The notes below the pieces were generated by a model, which was not told the origin of the DNA, made no database searches, and worked only from the letters and a program-made list of their open reading frames with translations. A stretch of 64,000 nt of DNA from the IMG/VR virus record IMGVR_UViG_3300002301_000013, positions 1 to 64,000 of that record; one strand, 5' to 3'. The position numbers and the translations under genes were made by a program. The stretch comes from a virus (Duplodnaviria > Caudoviricetes). Of the stretch, positions 40,016 through 50,042 are shown in pieces (positions within the stretch are counted from its first letter, which is position 1; each line of letters starts with the position of its first letter).

Positions 40016-41036
40016 ATTTCCACTTTGGCATTGGCATATTGAAAACAGTTCAATATGCAGTTTGCGATGCCCTCGCTGTCCTCGCGCAGAAATTCCCGAT
40101 ACACTAGTTCAAACTAGTCTTGGTTTAGATTTTTTTAAGAAGAACTTTAATCCAGAATTTCTGCAAAACGTGTGGCAGATAAGTTTTTGTGGCGATGATG
40201 GCGATCCAATTTATGGCAAAGAATTTGTAGAAGTAGTTGAATATCTCAAAACTACTAAACCTAATTTAAGTCTTCGCATCATTACAAATGGCAGTCATCG
40301 TAACGAAGCATGGTGGACGAAACTTTCTATAAATCTAAACCAATATGATGAAGTTCATTTTAGTTTAGATGGTTGGGATCAACGCAGTAATGAAAAATAT
40401 CGTATCAATAGTGATTGGGACAGTATAGAAACCGCAATTAAAACCGTGCATCATAATAGTAAAGCTATTATGACATGGGCAGCTATTGCTTTTAAATTTA
40501 ATCAATATGATATTATGACTATGAAAGATTTGGCTGTTAAGTGGGGATTTGATGTATTCCAACTTACATACAGCACCAAGTTTGGTAGTAAGTATCCTAA
40601 TTACAATACTGATGGCAGTGACGAATTAGAACCATCTGCTGCATATGTTGCAAAAGGTCATAGATTTAGTCGCCAGCTTATTAATCTTACCAACAGAAAA
40701 CTATTAGATAATGGTAAAAATTTAATTAACACAGAATTATACACCAACGTCAATCGTGATAGCGATATTATTCCACTGTGTAAGATCGGTAACAAAGGTC
40801 TTTATATAAGCAGTGATGGGTATTTTTATCCATGCTGCTGGATGGCTAATAGATACAATCATACTCGTTGGCAAGAGTTTCGTAAACCACAATATAATTT
40901 GCATGATAGAACAATTGACGATATATTAGGCGATGATATGTGGAATACATTTTTTGACAATTTAAACAATTATGATGAATGTAAAAATAAATGTTGTTCC
41001 GCCAACTTTAACAAAGGACATGCTACATCTTGGTAA
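40008..41036 (+). CDS. Radical SAM protein with C-terminal SPASM/twitch domain
   Basis: CSLRCPRC, CGDDGDP and ITNG; C-terminal CKIG...DGYFYPCCW...C..KCC. Confidence 0.9.
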   Translation: MHKFPLWHWHIENSSICSLRCPRCPRAEIPDTLVQTSLGLDFFKKNFNPEFLQNVWQISFCGDDGDPIYGKEFVEVVEYLKTTKPNLSLRIITNGSHRNEAWWTKLSINLNQYDEVHFSLDGWDQRSNEKYRINSDWDSIETAIKTVHHNSKAIMTWAAIAFKFNQYDIMTMKDLAVKWGFDVFQLTYSTKFGSKYPNYNTDGSDELEPSAAYVAKGHRFSRQLINLTNRKLLDNGKNLINTELYTNVNRDSDIIPLCKIGNKGLYISSDGYFYPCCWMANRYNHTRWQEFRKPQYNLHDRTIDDILGDDMWNTFFDNLNNYDECKNKCCSANFNKGHATSW

Positions 41037-42388
41037 GAAGTAAGAAACCAGAAGAATCTTTTCTAGAATATAAACAGCGTGTGTTAGATACCAAGAGCGC
41101 ATCATTTTGTGGTGCTAAATGGTATAATGCAACGATATGGTTAGGAAGCGGTCAAACAACGAGTTGTCATCATCCGCTGCCACACGCTATTCCACTTGAT
41201 AAGTTAGCATACAATCCAAGTGTATTACATAATACTGACCAAAAGAAAATGGAACGTTTTATGATGCAGACTGGACAGAGACCGAGTGGTTGTGAATATT
41301 GTTGGCGTATTGAAGATAATAGCGCGACTGCTATTAGTGATAGACCATATAAAAGTATGATATTCAGTGAAGAAGAATTGACCGATGCATTTAATCTTCC
41401 ACCTGATAGTGACGTAAACCTTAAAACTTTGGAGATAGCCTTTGACCGTACTTGCAATTTTGCCTGCTCTTATTGTAATCCTGCATTTAGCACGACCTGG
41501 GTCCGAGATATTAAGACGAATGGCGGTTATGGCGGGCTTCATAGCGATGGCCGTAATCATTATACACATAGTCATGATTCTAGTCAGCTTTACGGATATA
41601 CCGATACTAATCCATATGTAGAAGCTTTCTTCAAATGGTGGGAAACCGATCTGCATAAAACTCTTCGTGAACTGCGTATTACTGGCGGTGAACCGCTTAT
41701 GAGTGGTCACACATGGAAACTACTTGAGTGGTTCAAAGAAAATCAAGGCAAGAGCAATACTAAACTTGCAATCAATTCTAATCTTGGTATGGATGATAAA
41801 CAGATTGATAAGTTTATTGATGCTGTCAAGGAATTAGATGTTGAAGTTTATACAAGCTGCGAAGCCTATGGCGATTCTGCCGAGTATATTCGTGATGGAT
41901 TAAATTATAAACAATGGTTTGATAATCTAGTAAAATTAAAAAAACGTGGGGCTGTTAATAAACTTCATATTATGGCAACTATCAATGGATTATCATTGCT
42001 GTCTCTTTCTCGTTTCTTAGAACATATGATGGATTTTAAGATGGGATGGGGCAGAGATTCATTGACCATCACATTAAACATCTTGCGTTTTCCAAGTTTT
42101 CAAAGCCCAACAGTTATGCCATTTAGTATTCGTGAAAAATGTGCAAATGAGTTAGAAAATTTCTTAAAGAAATTTGAAGACAGCAAATATCTTCATCAAA
42201 TGGAAATTGAACATATCAAACGATTGATTGATTATTTGCGTAATGTAAATACTCCACACGAAGGCGCAAGTAGTCAGGATATTTTAGAAAAAGATTTTAA
42301 AACATTTTATTCTCAGTATGACGAACGTCGTAATAAAAATTTCGTAAAAACATTTCCTGAATTGGCAGAATGGTATGGCAACTTATAA
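41030..42388 (+). CDS. Radical SAM protein with N-terminal twitch domain
   Basis: FCGAKW...SCHH...CEYCW, then CNFACSYC and TGGEP. TTG start. Confidence 0.9.
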   Translation: MVRSKKPEESFLEYKQRVLDTKSASFCGAKWYNATIWLGSGQTTSCHHPLPHAIPLDKLAYNPSVLHNTDQKKMERFMMQTGQRPSGCEYCWRIEDNSATAISDRPYKSMIFSEEELTDAFNLPPDSDVNLKTLEIAFDRTCNFACSYCNPAFSTTWVRDIKTNGGYGGLHSDGRNHYTHSHDSSQLYGYTDTNPYVEAFFKWWETDLHKTLRELRITGGEPLMSGHTWKLLEWFKENQGKSNTKLAINSNLGMDDKQIDKFIDAVKELDVEVYTSCEAYGDSAEYIRDGLNYKQWFDNLVKLKKRGAVNKLHIMATINGLSLLSLSRFLEHMMDFKMGWGRDSLTITLNILRFPSFQSPTVMPFSIREKCANELENFLKKFEDSKYLHQMEIEHIKRLIDYLRNVNTPHEGASSQDILEKDFKTFYSQYDERRNKNFVKTFPELAEWYGNL

Positions 42389-43667
42389 TTACAATGGTAA
42401 AGAACCGCTAAAGATATCAGTTGATAAATTAAGCGATGCACACAAAGATTTGATATTTGAAAACAAATCTTTTTGCATGTATCCATGGGTTCATCTTCAT
42501 GCTTTTCCGACAGGAGAGGCATATCCTTGCTGTAATACAGAAATGAGTGAACTAGTCGGCAATACTAGGCAACAAACTATCCAAGAAATTTGGGATGGTG
42601 TGCCAATGCAAGATGTTCGTGCCAAGATGCTTAAGGGCGAGGCTGTAAAAGGCTGTACAAGATGTTATGAACAAGAAAATAGTGGTTTCTTTAGTATGCG
42701 CATGAGTGCCAATAAACACTTTGGTCATCATATTGCACTAACTGATAATCCTATACCTCCAATGAAAATGATTTATTGGGATATTCGTTTTTCTAATCTG
42801 TGTAATCTTCGTTGCCGCAGTTGTGGTCATATTTTTAGTTCAAACTGGTATGATGATCAAGTTAAACTGCTAGAAATAGAACAAGGCAATGCTGATAAAT
42901 GGAAAACTAGAAATACAAGAATTAATTTTGCTGGCAAAACCGAAGATGATATTTGGGAACAGTTAGAGCCGCAGATTGATAATCTTGAACAGGTTTATTT
43001 TGCTGGTGGCGAGCCGCTTATCATGGAAGAACATTATCGTCTTCTTCATGAATTAATCAAGCGTAAGCGTACTGATGTTCGTCTTATATACAATACTAAT
43101 TTCAGTCAGCTTACTTACAAGAAAACAAATGTGTTAGAATTGTGGCGTGAATTTGATAGTGTAAGTGTTGGCGCAAGTCTTGATGCAATGGGTGCTCATG
43201 CCGAATATATTCGCAAAGGAACCAAGTGGTCGCAGATTGAAAAGAACCGTGAGCAAATGTTAGAAATTTGCCCAAAGGTTGACTTTTATATTAGTCCGAC
43301 CTTAAGTATTATGAACGCATTGCATTTGCCACAGTTCCATCGTGAATGGGTTAATCGTGGTTTCTTACAACCACAAGATTTAAATATTAATATTCTTCAA
43401 GACCCTGAATATTTTAGAATTGATGCTTTCCCGTTTCAATACAAAGTTGATATTCAAGAAGCATACTTGGAACATATTGAATGGTTGAAACCGCTTGACA
43501 AACTTACCAGAGCAACAATTGGATTTGAAAGTGCTATCAACTTTATGATGGCAGATGATAAATCTCATTTATTGCCAAAGTTTTTTGACAGAACAAGTAA
43601 GTTAGACCGAGTTCGCAATGAAAATATACTGGATGCTATTCCAGAATTAGGATATTTGTATGAGTAA
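42375..43667 (+). CDS. Radical SAM protein with N-terminal twitch domain
   Basis: FCMYPW...YPCC...CTRC, then CNLRCRSC and AGGEP. Confidence 0.9.
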   Translation: MATYNYNGKEPLKISVDKLSDAHKDLIFENKSFCMYPWVHLHAFPTGEAYPCCNTEMSELVGNTRQQTIQEIWDGVPMQDVRAKMLKGEAVKGCTRCYEQENSGFFSMRMSANKHFGHHIALTDNPIPPMKMIYWDIRFSNLCNLRCRSCGHIFSSNWYDDQVKLLEIEQGNADKWKTRNTRINFAGKTEDDIWEQLEPQIDNLEQVYFAGGEPLIMEEHYRLLHELIKRKRTDVRLIYNTNFSQLTYKKTNVLELWREFDSVSVGASLDAMGAHAEYIRKGTKWSQIEKNREQMLEICPKVDFYISPTLSIMNALHLPQFHREWVNRGFLQPQDLNINILQDPEYFRIDAFPFQYKVDIQEAYLEHIEWLKPLDKLTRATIGFESAINFMMADDKSHLLPKFFDRTSKLDRVRNENILDAIPELGYLYE

Positions 43668-44826
43668 TTCATTCTGCGTCCTGCCTTTTGTTAGTATTGA
43701 AGCAGACCCAATGGGCAAATGTAAAGTATGTTGTTTAAGTTATGATACAATACCCGATATTGATTTAAAAAAGAATACTTTAACCGAAGCATTTAATAGT
43801 CCTTATATGAATACTCTTCGTCAACAGTTTCTTAATGGTGAAAAACCAGAGAGTTGCAATCGTTGTTGGAATGAAGAAGCAAGTGGAAGAACAAGCAAGC
43901 GCATGCATAGTGAAATGCGTTTACGTAAGATACTGGGTGATACTAAGTTTACTTCTGTAAGCGATGGTGCTCTAACTTTCCTTGATTTGAAACTTGGAAA
44001 CATTTGCAATCTTAAATGCAGAATCTGTGGAAGTTTTAGCAGTTCAAAGTGGGCGCAAGAAGAAATTGATATCTATTCTGATAATAAAGTTGCTAGAAGC
44101 AATCTTATAAATGGGCGTTGGCCTCGTGAGTCAAAGAAGTTTTGGGAAGATTTAACTCAGCTATTGGCAAATACAAAATATTTTGAGTTTACGGGCGGCG
44201 AACCATTCCTTATTGATGAGCATTTTGATCTACTTGCTATTGCAGTTGAGTTAGGATATGCCAACAATATTGAAATTCATTATAACACAAATACGACTAC
44301 CTTTCCAAAACGAGGTTTAGAATTGTGGCCTCATTTTAAGTTGGTTGAGATTGCGTTATCAATAGATGATATTGGTCCTAGATTTGAATATCAACGCTAT
44401 GGCGCAGTATGGGATAAGGCAATAGATAATCTTCAACGATTTTATGATCTACGAGATGCCAACAAAAATATTAAATTACAATTATGCATGACTTCTAATG
44501 TGCAGAACTTTTATTATATTGATGAAATGTGCCATTGGATTGCCCAACAAAAATTTGATTATGTATACTTTAATGTACTACATGATGTATGGTATTTTAG
44601 TATTGCTCGTTTAAACGATACGGCAAAAAAACTTATATATAATAAATTAGAAAGTTATAGTGGTCCATATGAACATGAAGTTGCAAACTTATTGCAATTT
44701 ATGATGCAAGGAGAGAACAGCAATTGTACTAAGCTTGTTGAACAATTAAAGAATAGTGATTTACAACGCAACCAAAAATTCAGTGATCATCATAGTGAGA
44801 TAGCGGCGGCAATTGGATATGAATGA
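43660..44826 (+). CDS. Radical SAM protein with N-terminal twitch domain
   Basis: FCVLPF...VCC...CNRCW, then CNLKCRIC and TGGEP. Confidence 0.9.
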   Translation: MSNSFCVLPFVSIEADPMGKCKVCCLSYDTIPDIDLKKNTLTEAFNSPYMNTLRQQFLNGEKPESCNRCWNEEASGRTSKRMHSEMRLRKILGDTKFTSVSDGALTFLDLKLGNICNLKCRICGSFSSSKWAQEEIDIYSDNKVARSNLINGRWPRESKKFWEDLTQLLANTKYFEFTGGEPFLIDEHFDLLAIAVELGYANNIEIHYNTNTTTFPKRGLELWPHFKLVEIALSIDDIGPRFEYQRYGAVWDKAIDNLQRFYDLRDANKNIKLQLCMTSNVQNFYYIDEMCHWIAQQKFDYVYFNVLHDVWYFSIARLNDTAKKLIYNKLESYSGPYEHEVANLLQFMMQGENSNCTKLVEQLKNSDLQRNQKFSDHHSEIAAAIGYE

Positions 44827-46111
44827 TTTTTGTACTGCGCCTTGGACCCACACATTTGTTTCGCCACAAGGTGAACGGCGTCTATGTTGCGCTTCTCGTG
44901 AACCTGCGCAGAATTTTAAACAGTATATTGATACTGCTGGTGGCGATGGGCAATTTAATCCGCTTACATTAAAGGATTGGTGGAATGGCGAACATATTAG
45001 AGAAATTAGAAAGCAATGGTTGGCTGGTACGGTTCCATCAGCATGTGAAGTCTGCGATAAAAAGTTACTTAATACCAATGTCTATCGTGATTACTTCGGT
45101 CACTTGTTTGGTCATCTTAGATCAGATATACAGGCTAATACAGATAGTGATGGATTCACAGCCCTAGAACCTATTTCTTGGGACTATCGTTATAACAATG
45201 TATGTAACTTCAAGTGTCGCATGTGCGGAGACATGCTAAGTTCGGCATGGGAAGTTGAAGTTCGTAAAAATGCTATGGTTGATTTAACCAATCCTAAGAA
45301 CCATTGGATGCAACCAAAGAACCGTCATGCTATTCGCAATTTTACTCGTGATATAGTCATACCAGAGTTCAAGCAAGCTATTGAAAACAAATCTGTACGT
45401 GAAATCTATTGGGTTGGCGGTGAACCATTGTTGTATGATGAGCATTGGACATTCATGCGCCGCATTATAGAACTTGATTATGCAGACCAAGTTCGTGTAC
45501 GGTATAATACGAATTTAAGTTATTGCAAAGATGGTCAAGGAACCCTTTGGGAACTATTAGATAACTTTCCGCATTGGGAAGTTTGTGCAAGTTTAGATGG
45601 AACAGGAGCAATTGGTGAGTATATTAGAAGTGGTCTTAATTATGATGATTGGCTCGTTAATTTTGAACGGGGGATACAGCACCAGCGAAATCCTCGTCAA
45701 ATGCGCGTTGACTTTACTCTTACTTTACCTGGTTTATTTGACATTGCCAATATTATTAATTTGGTGGATACTCTTAATGTTACACTATTGAGTAAGGTTG
45801 TATTTGCCTTCTCTCCTGACATACTACTCAGTCCATTGGCCTTGCCTAGAACGGTATTAGAACCGCTTCTAGAGGGCATACAGGAGCGTATCAAGCCACT
45901 CATCACTCATCGCACACAAAGTTTATGGGATACGCTAGAACACCTTAAAACTCGCCCCACATTTGAAGAACAGTTTCCCGATACCTATAAGCGAGAAGCA
46001 ATTAAAGGAAAAAACCATCTTTTAAAATTGGAATCTATCCGCAAAGATGCTAAAATAAAGATGGAAGATATCCTTGTTGGCGATGTCTTAGACTGGTGGA
46101 ATAATATATGA
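44813..46111 (+). CDS. Radical SAM protein with N-terminal twitch domain
   Basis: FCTAPW...LCC...CEVC, then CNFKCRMC and VGGEP. Confidence 0.9.
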   Translation: MDMNDFCTAPWTHTFVSPQGERRLCCASREPAQNFKQYIDTAGGDGQFNPLTLKDWWNGEHIREIRKQWLAGTVPSACEVCDKKLLNTNVYRDYFGHLFGHLRSDIQANTDSDGFTALEPISWDYRYNNVCNFKCRMCGDMLSSAWEVEVRKNAMVDLTNPKNHWMQPKNRHAIRNFTRDIVIPEFKQAIENKSVREIYWVGGEPLLYDEHWTFMRRIIELDYADQVRVRYNTNLSYCKDGQGTLWELLDNFPHWEVCASLDGTGAIGEYIRSGLNYDDWLVNFERGIQHQRNPRQMRVDFTLTLPGLFDIANIINLVDTLNVTLLSKVVFAFSPDILLSPLALPRTVLEPLLEGIQERIKPLITHRTQSLWDTLEHLKTRPTFEEQFPDTYKREAIKGKNHLLKLESIRKDAKIKMEDILVGDVLDWWNNI

Positions 46112-47217
46112 CTGTAGTAATGACTCTTTGTAATCCGTTAGATAAAACGGATGTATTTTCTGTATTCATTGAACCTAATGATACCCAACTTGCCCGTGAT
46201 TGGGAAGAGGCGTTGTCAATTGAGATACAGCGCAATGCTATTTTGGAAAAGAATTATTGCTGGCATGGTTGGCCAAATGGCGCTAGAAATCTTGAATATC
46301 TGACAGGTGAACTAAGTCGTCATGCGCTAAACATCTGGAAGTTTAATGAACTTGGTATTTGGCAAGCAGCAGGTTTGGCGGATGTTGTAATTGAAACAGT
46401 ATATACACCAGAAACTGTTATGTTACCACTCACTGACGAGAAGGGCAGTGGCGGACCTAATCATGATGTAATGAACATTGTTCATAATCATTTTGAACAT
46501 CTACAAGGAACTGTTGAAAATCTAAGTTCATATTATAAAATTGCTCCACCTAATATCAAATATAGCATCAGGCAATTAAACAATCTTTGCCATGAAATTG
46601 AAACACTTTGTTTAAGTTTGCGCAAACAAAAACATAATCCAGATTGGGTGCGTCCATCGCAAATTACAACATTCTTAAATGCCAAACGATATAATCTAAC
46701 CGATGAACATCGTCAAGGATTCTTGACCAATGGGCATGATCGTAAGTTTGCTCATGTTTATATGCATTGGACACAAATTGGCAAGACTCTTATGGAAGTA
46801 TTTCGTGATGAAAACGCTCCAGTATTAGATCAGGCAACATGTGATGCCATCACACATCTTCAATATTATAGTGGAGAATTTGATATTGAGTGGGGGCGAG
46901 ATGTATGTTATGGCAAACATGATTGGCATACTAACGAACAAGATAAATTCTGTGAATGGTTGAAGCGTGAAGGATATGATCCTCTTGATGCTAATTTAAG
47001 TCTAGGTTATCTTGAAATTGGAAAGATTGATCTTGAAATGAGTTTTGGTACAACCGATGTTGCCGAGATTTGGAAAATCATGGGCGATCATCTTGACATT
47101 CTTAGTCTTGAAGTAGATGGCAATCATGCCATGTATGATTATTCTTGGACAGATGAGGATCATGAACAGCGTCAGATTAATTATTTGATGCCAGGTTACA
47201 ACAGCCATAATGTTTGA
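46108..47217 (+). CDS. Hypothetical protein within the glyco/rSAM operon
   Basis: 369 aa with ATGA coupling. HNHFEHLQG and LNNLCHEIE segments suggest metal binding. Confidence 0.7.
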   Translation: MTVVMTLCNPLDKTDVFSVFIEPNDTQLARDWEEALSIEIQRNAILEKNYCWHGWPNGARNLEYLTGELSRHALNIWKFNELGIWQAAGLADVVIETVYTPETVMLPLTDEKGSGGPNHDVMNIVHNHFEHLQGTVENLSSYYKIAPPNIKYSIRQLNNLCHEIETLCLSLRKQKHNPDWVRPSQITTFLNAKRYNLTDEHRQGFLTNGHDRKFAHVYMHWTQIGKTLMEVFRDENAPVLDQATCDAITHLQYYSGEFDIEWGRDVCYGKHDWHTNEQDKFCEWLKREGYDPLDANLSLGYLEIGKIDLEMSFGTTDVAEIWKIMGDHLDILSLEVDGNHAMYDYSWTDEDHEQRQINYLMPGYNSHNV

Positions 47218-48961
47218 TATCTATTGGTATGATTATGATGATTGCGATGATATTAAAGAACTAATAGCCAAGGCTATTGCTTCTAGTCGCACTGAGTATA
47301 TTTGGCTATGTCATCTGGCAGTAGATTATTCTCAATTTAATCTGCGATATCTTCCCAACCGCCATCAAGCTAAAATGATGCATGCGTGGGCTAGTCATGA
47401 TAACCCAGATTGTTTTACAACTTGGTTGATTCCCCTAGAAAACAGTGGCGACACTGTATTTCATAAGGATATATTGCCAATACTTTATCCTGCCATTGGC
47501 AAATGGGAATGGAAAAAAGACCCACTCATAGATTATTCTTCTTTTAATTTTAATTGGTTTCCAAGCGTATGGGATTGGCAACTTAATCATGAATTTACAA
47601 TGCTTGGCAAAGAGCGTTTAAGCTATACCACGCTAGATAGAGGCAGCAATAACATAAAATATCATGCAGCTAACCTAACTTATAGCGGCACTCATTATGA
47701 TATCTGTTGCATAGACACAAATAGTCACGAATTGCCCACACATGATTATAAAGTAAGGTTGGTTACAACGATGGAAGAATCGTTGAAGTCTGCAATTAAA
47801 CGAGCAACCAAACCTTGGTTATGGGTAATATCGGATGTTTGTAAGTATGATGAATTTGATTTTGAATGGTTACCAGAAGAAGGCGAAGAACACCAAATTC
47901 ATTGCTGGCCAAGTGGCACATGTGAAAAGGGCGATACATTTTTAATCCATGTTCCAAGTTATCTTGGCGATTGGAATCCATCATATAACTTTAATCATGC
48001 TCCTGTACAACGAAAGCGTTGGCCTGTATATAATGTTGGTGAAAATTGTTTAGCATGGGAGTTGAATAATTCACCTCGCAATACCGCAATATACACATTA
48101 TACTCTTTTACTGGCGTTATAGATTATCCAGATGTGTGTCTATGGGATAAACGCCCTGTAGTCAGTCTCAATCGCAGTAATAGCAGCACCCTTGTTCCTC
48201 GTGATTGCATTGTAGATAAAGAAATATACGAATATCCATATTTGCTTCGTTATCCAGAATATGGTTTTGATATTCCTGTTGATATTATTTTCATTGATAA
48301 TAAAGAAAGTTGCGCAAACGATAACTGGAATAGATTATTATCTATTCATCCTAATGCAAAGTCAATCAGTGGAATTAAAGGTAGACTAGATGCATATCAG
48401 GCGGCAGCATATCAAAGCGATACGCCATGGTTTATTGCGGTGTTTGCCAAGTGTCATATCTTGGATAATTTTGCAGAACTAAATTGGCAACCAGATTTCT
48501 GGCAAGAACCTAAACATTATATTTTCCATAATCGCAATCTTAACACAGGATTAGAGTATGGTCACATGGCACCTATTGCATATCATTGTCAACTTATGTA
48601 CGAAAATAAAGGTGGACTTGATATGACACTTGCGCAGCGTCATACGACTGTGCCGATCACTATAAGTGAAACTAACCTGGAAGGCGATGATTGGTTAACT
48701 TGGCGAACCGCATTTCGTGAGGTTATTAAGATACTACATTATGGCAGAGAAAATCCTAGTGTAGAAAATGAATATCGTTTATGGGCATGGCGTAATGTTG
48801 CTAATGGCAGCAATGCTTCAATGCAAAAGTTAGCAGTTAAACACGCAGAAGAATATTATGAAGCTTGCGGCGGTGATGAAGATGCACTAATGTTAACCAG
48901 CGAATGGGATTGGCTAGGCGAGCACTATGCTCGTCTTATAAAGCAGCCAACACAGTTGTAA
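47210..48961 (+). CDS. Glycosyltransferase-like protein with internal repeats; C-terminal domain paralogous to 37672-38610
   Basis: IIFIDNKE..A..N...ISGIKGRLDAYQAAA...WF and WRTAFREVIKI match the 37672 gene. Confidence 0.6.
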   Translation: MFDIYWYDYDDCDDIKELIAKAIASSRTEYIWLCHLAVDYSQFNLRYLPNRHQAKMMHAWASHDNPDCFTTWLIPLENSGDTVFHKDILPILYPAIGKWEWKKDPLIDYSSFNFNWFPSVWDWQLNHEFTMLGKERLSYTTLDRGSNNIKYHAANLTYSGTHYDICCIDTNSHELPTHDYKVRLVTTMEESLKSAIKRATKPWLWVISDVCKYDEFDFEWLPEEGEEHQIHCWPSGTCEKGDTFLIHVPSYLGDWNPSYNFNHAPVQRKRWPVYNVGENCLAWELNNSPRNTAIYTLYSFTGVIDYPDVCLWDKRPVVSLNRSNSSTLVPRDCIVDKEIYEYPYLLRYPEYGFDIPVDIIFIDNKESCANDNWNRLLSIHPNAKSISGIKGRLDAYQAAAYQSDTPWFIAVFAKCHILDNFAELNWQPDFWQEPKHYIFHNRNLNTGLEYGHMAPIAYHCQLMYENKGGLDMTLAQRHTTVPITISETNLEGDDWLTWRTAFREVIKILHYGRENPSVENEYRLWAWRNVANGSNASMQKLAVKHAEEYYEACGGDEDALMLTSEWDWLGEHYARLIKQPTQL

Positions 48962-50042
48962 TAACAGTATCAACTTCTTCATCGGTTAAATGCCAATGGC
49001 TAGGAAGACTTATAATACGCTCAGCATTAGTAATATATTCTGCGTAAGGACATGGTTGATAACCATATGATTTAACAAATCCCTCACGATTAAGAGGTCT
49101 GGTATAATGACTACTAAATTCAATAGCAGCCGCTTTTAATGCTTGCTTAACATTTTCTTGGCGATGAGGAGCAATAGAAAATGAATAATAATTCCATGTT
49201 CCCCATTCTTTACGAATCGGTAAATCTAACTTATCAAGATGCTTACTAAATGAATCATAATATTTTTTGCAGATTTCCATCTTGCGTGGAAGCATTTCTT
49301 TATGATATGGTGCCTTGGCAACAAGCGTTACTGCTTGGGTAGATAACATACGAAAATTTAAACCAGGCAATTCTATTTGACCTTTTGGACCAGTCTCTGT
49401 TTTGCCCATTGTACAAATCGCACTCATAATAGTTGGATGAATATTCCTACTAATAAATGCTCCGCCGCCAGTACCGCCAAAATTCTTAAGTGGATTGAAA
49501 CTTAAACAAACAGCATCTGCAATTGTTTGATCATATTTTTCACTACAGATACCAAAACTATGTGCGGCATCAATAATCCATTTGATATCATGCTTATCAC
49601 ACCATGCGCGAATACGAGATAAATCATTGCCTTGCCCATATAAATCAACAGTGATAAGAGTGCTTATTTCATCACCGTATTTGGCATACATCTCATCTAA
49701 TAAATTAGTATCTAGCAACCAAGATTCGTCAATATCAACAAAAGTTGGAATACAACCAGCCGCAATAACTGCTTGTGCAGTGGCAGCATATGTAAGGGTT
49801 GGCAATAGTACACGAGAGCCGCGCTTGGTATATAACGCCATCAGCGAGGCTATGAGGGCGCTTGTACCGCTATTGGTTAGTTCTGCGTTAGCATCATAAT
49901 AACAATGTTGAATATATTTCTTTAAGAAATCATGTGATTCGCCACTGTAATAATTGCCGCTTAAAAAAACACTGTTCATGCCACCAAGAATATACATCTT
50001 GCAGTCATCATATTGCTCTTTTAGATTATAATAAGAAATCAT
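48936..50042 (-). CDS. DegT/DnrJ/EryC1/StrS PLP-dependent sugar aminotransferase
   Basis: TNSGTSAL, PTLTYAATA, IIDAAHS, SFNPLKNFG (PLP Lys) and ISLPSH motifs. Confidence 0.92.
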   Translation of the reverse strand: MISYYNLKEQYDDCKMYILGGMNSVFLSGNYYSGESHDFLKKYIQHCYYDANAELTNSGTSALIASLMALYTKRGSRVLLPTLTYAATAQAVIAAGCIPTFVDIDESWLLDTNLLDEMYAKYGDEISTLITVDLYGQGNDLSRIRAWCDKHDIKWIIDAAHSFGICSEKYDQTIADAVCLSFNPLKNFGGTGGGAFISRNIHPTIMSAICTMGKTETGPKGQIELPGLNFRMLSTQAVTLVAKAPYHKEMLPRKMEICKKYYDSFSKHLDKLDLPIRKEWGTWNYYSFSIAPHRQENVKQALKAAAIEFSSHYTRPLNREGFVKSYGYQPCPYAEYITNAERIISLPSHWHLTDEEVDTVITTVLAAL

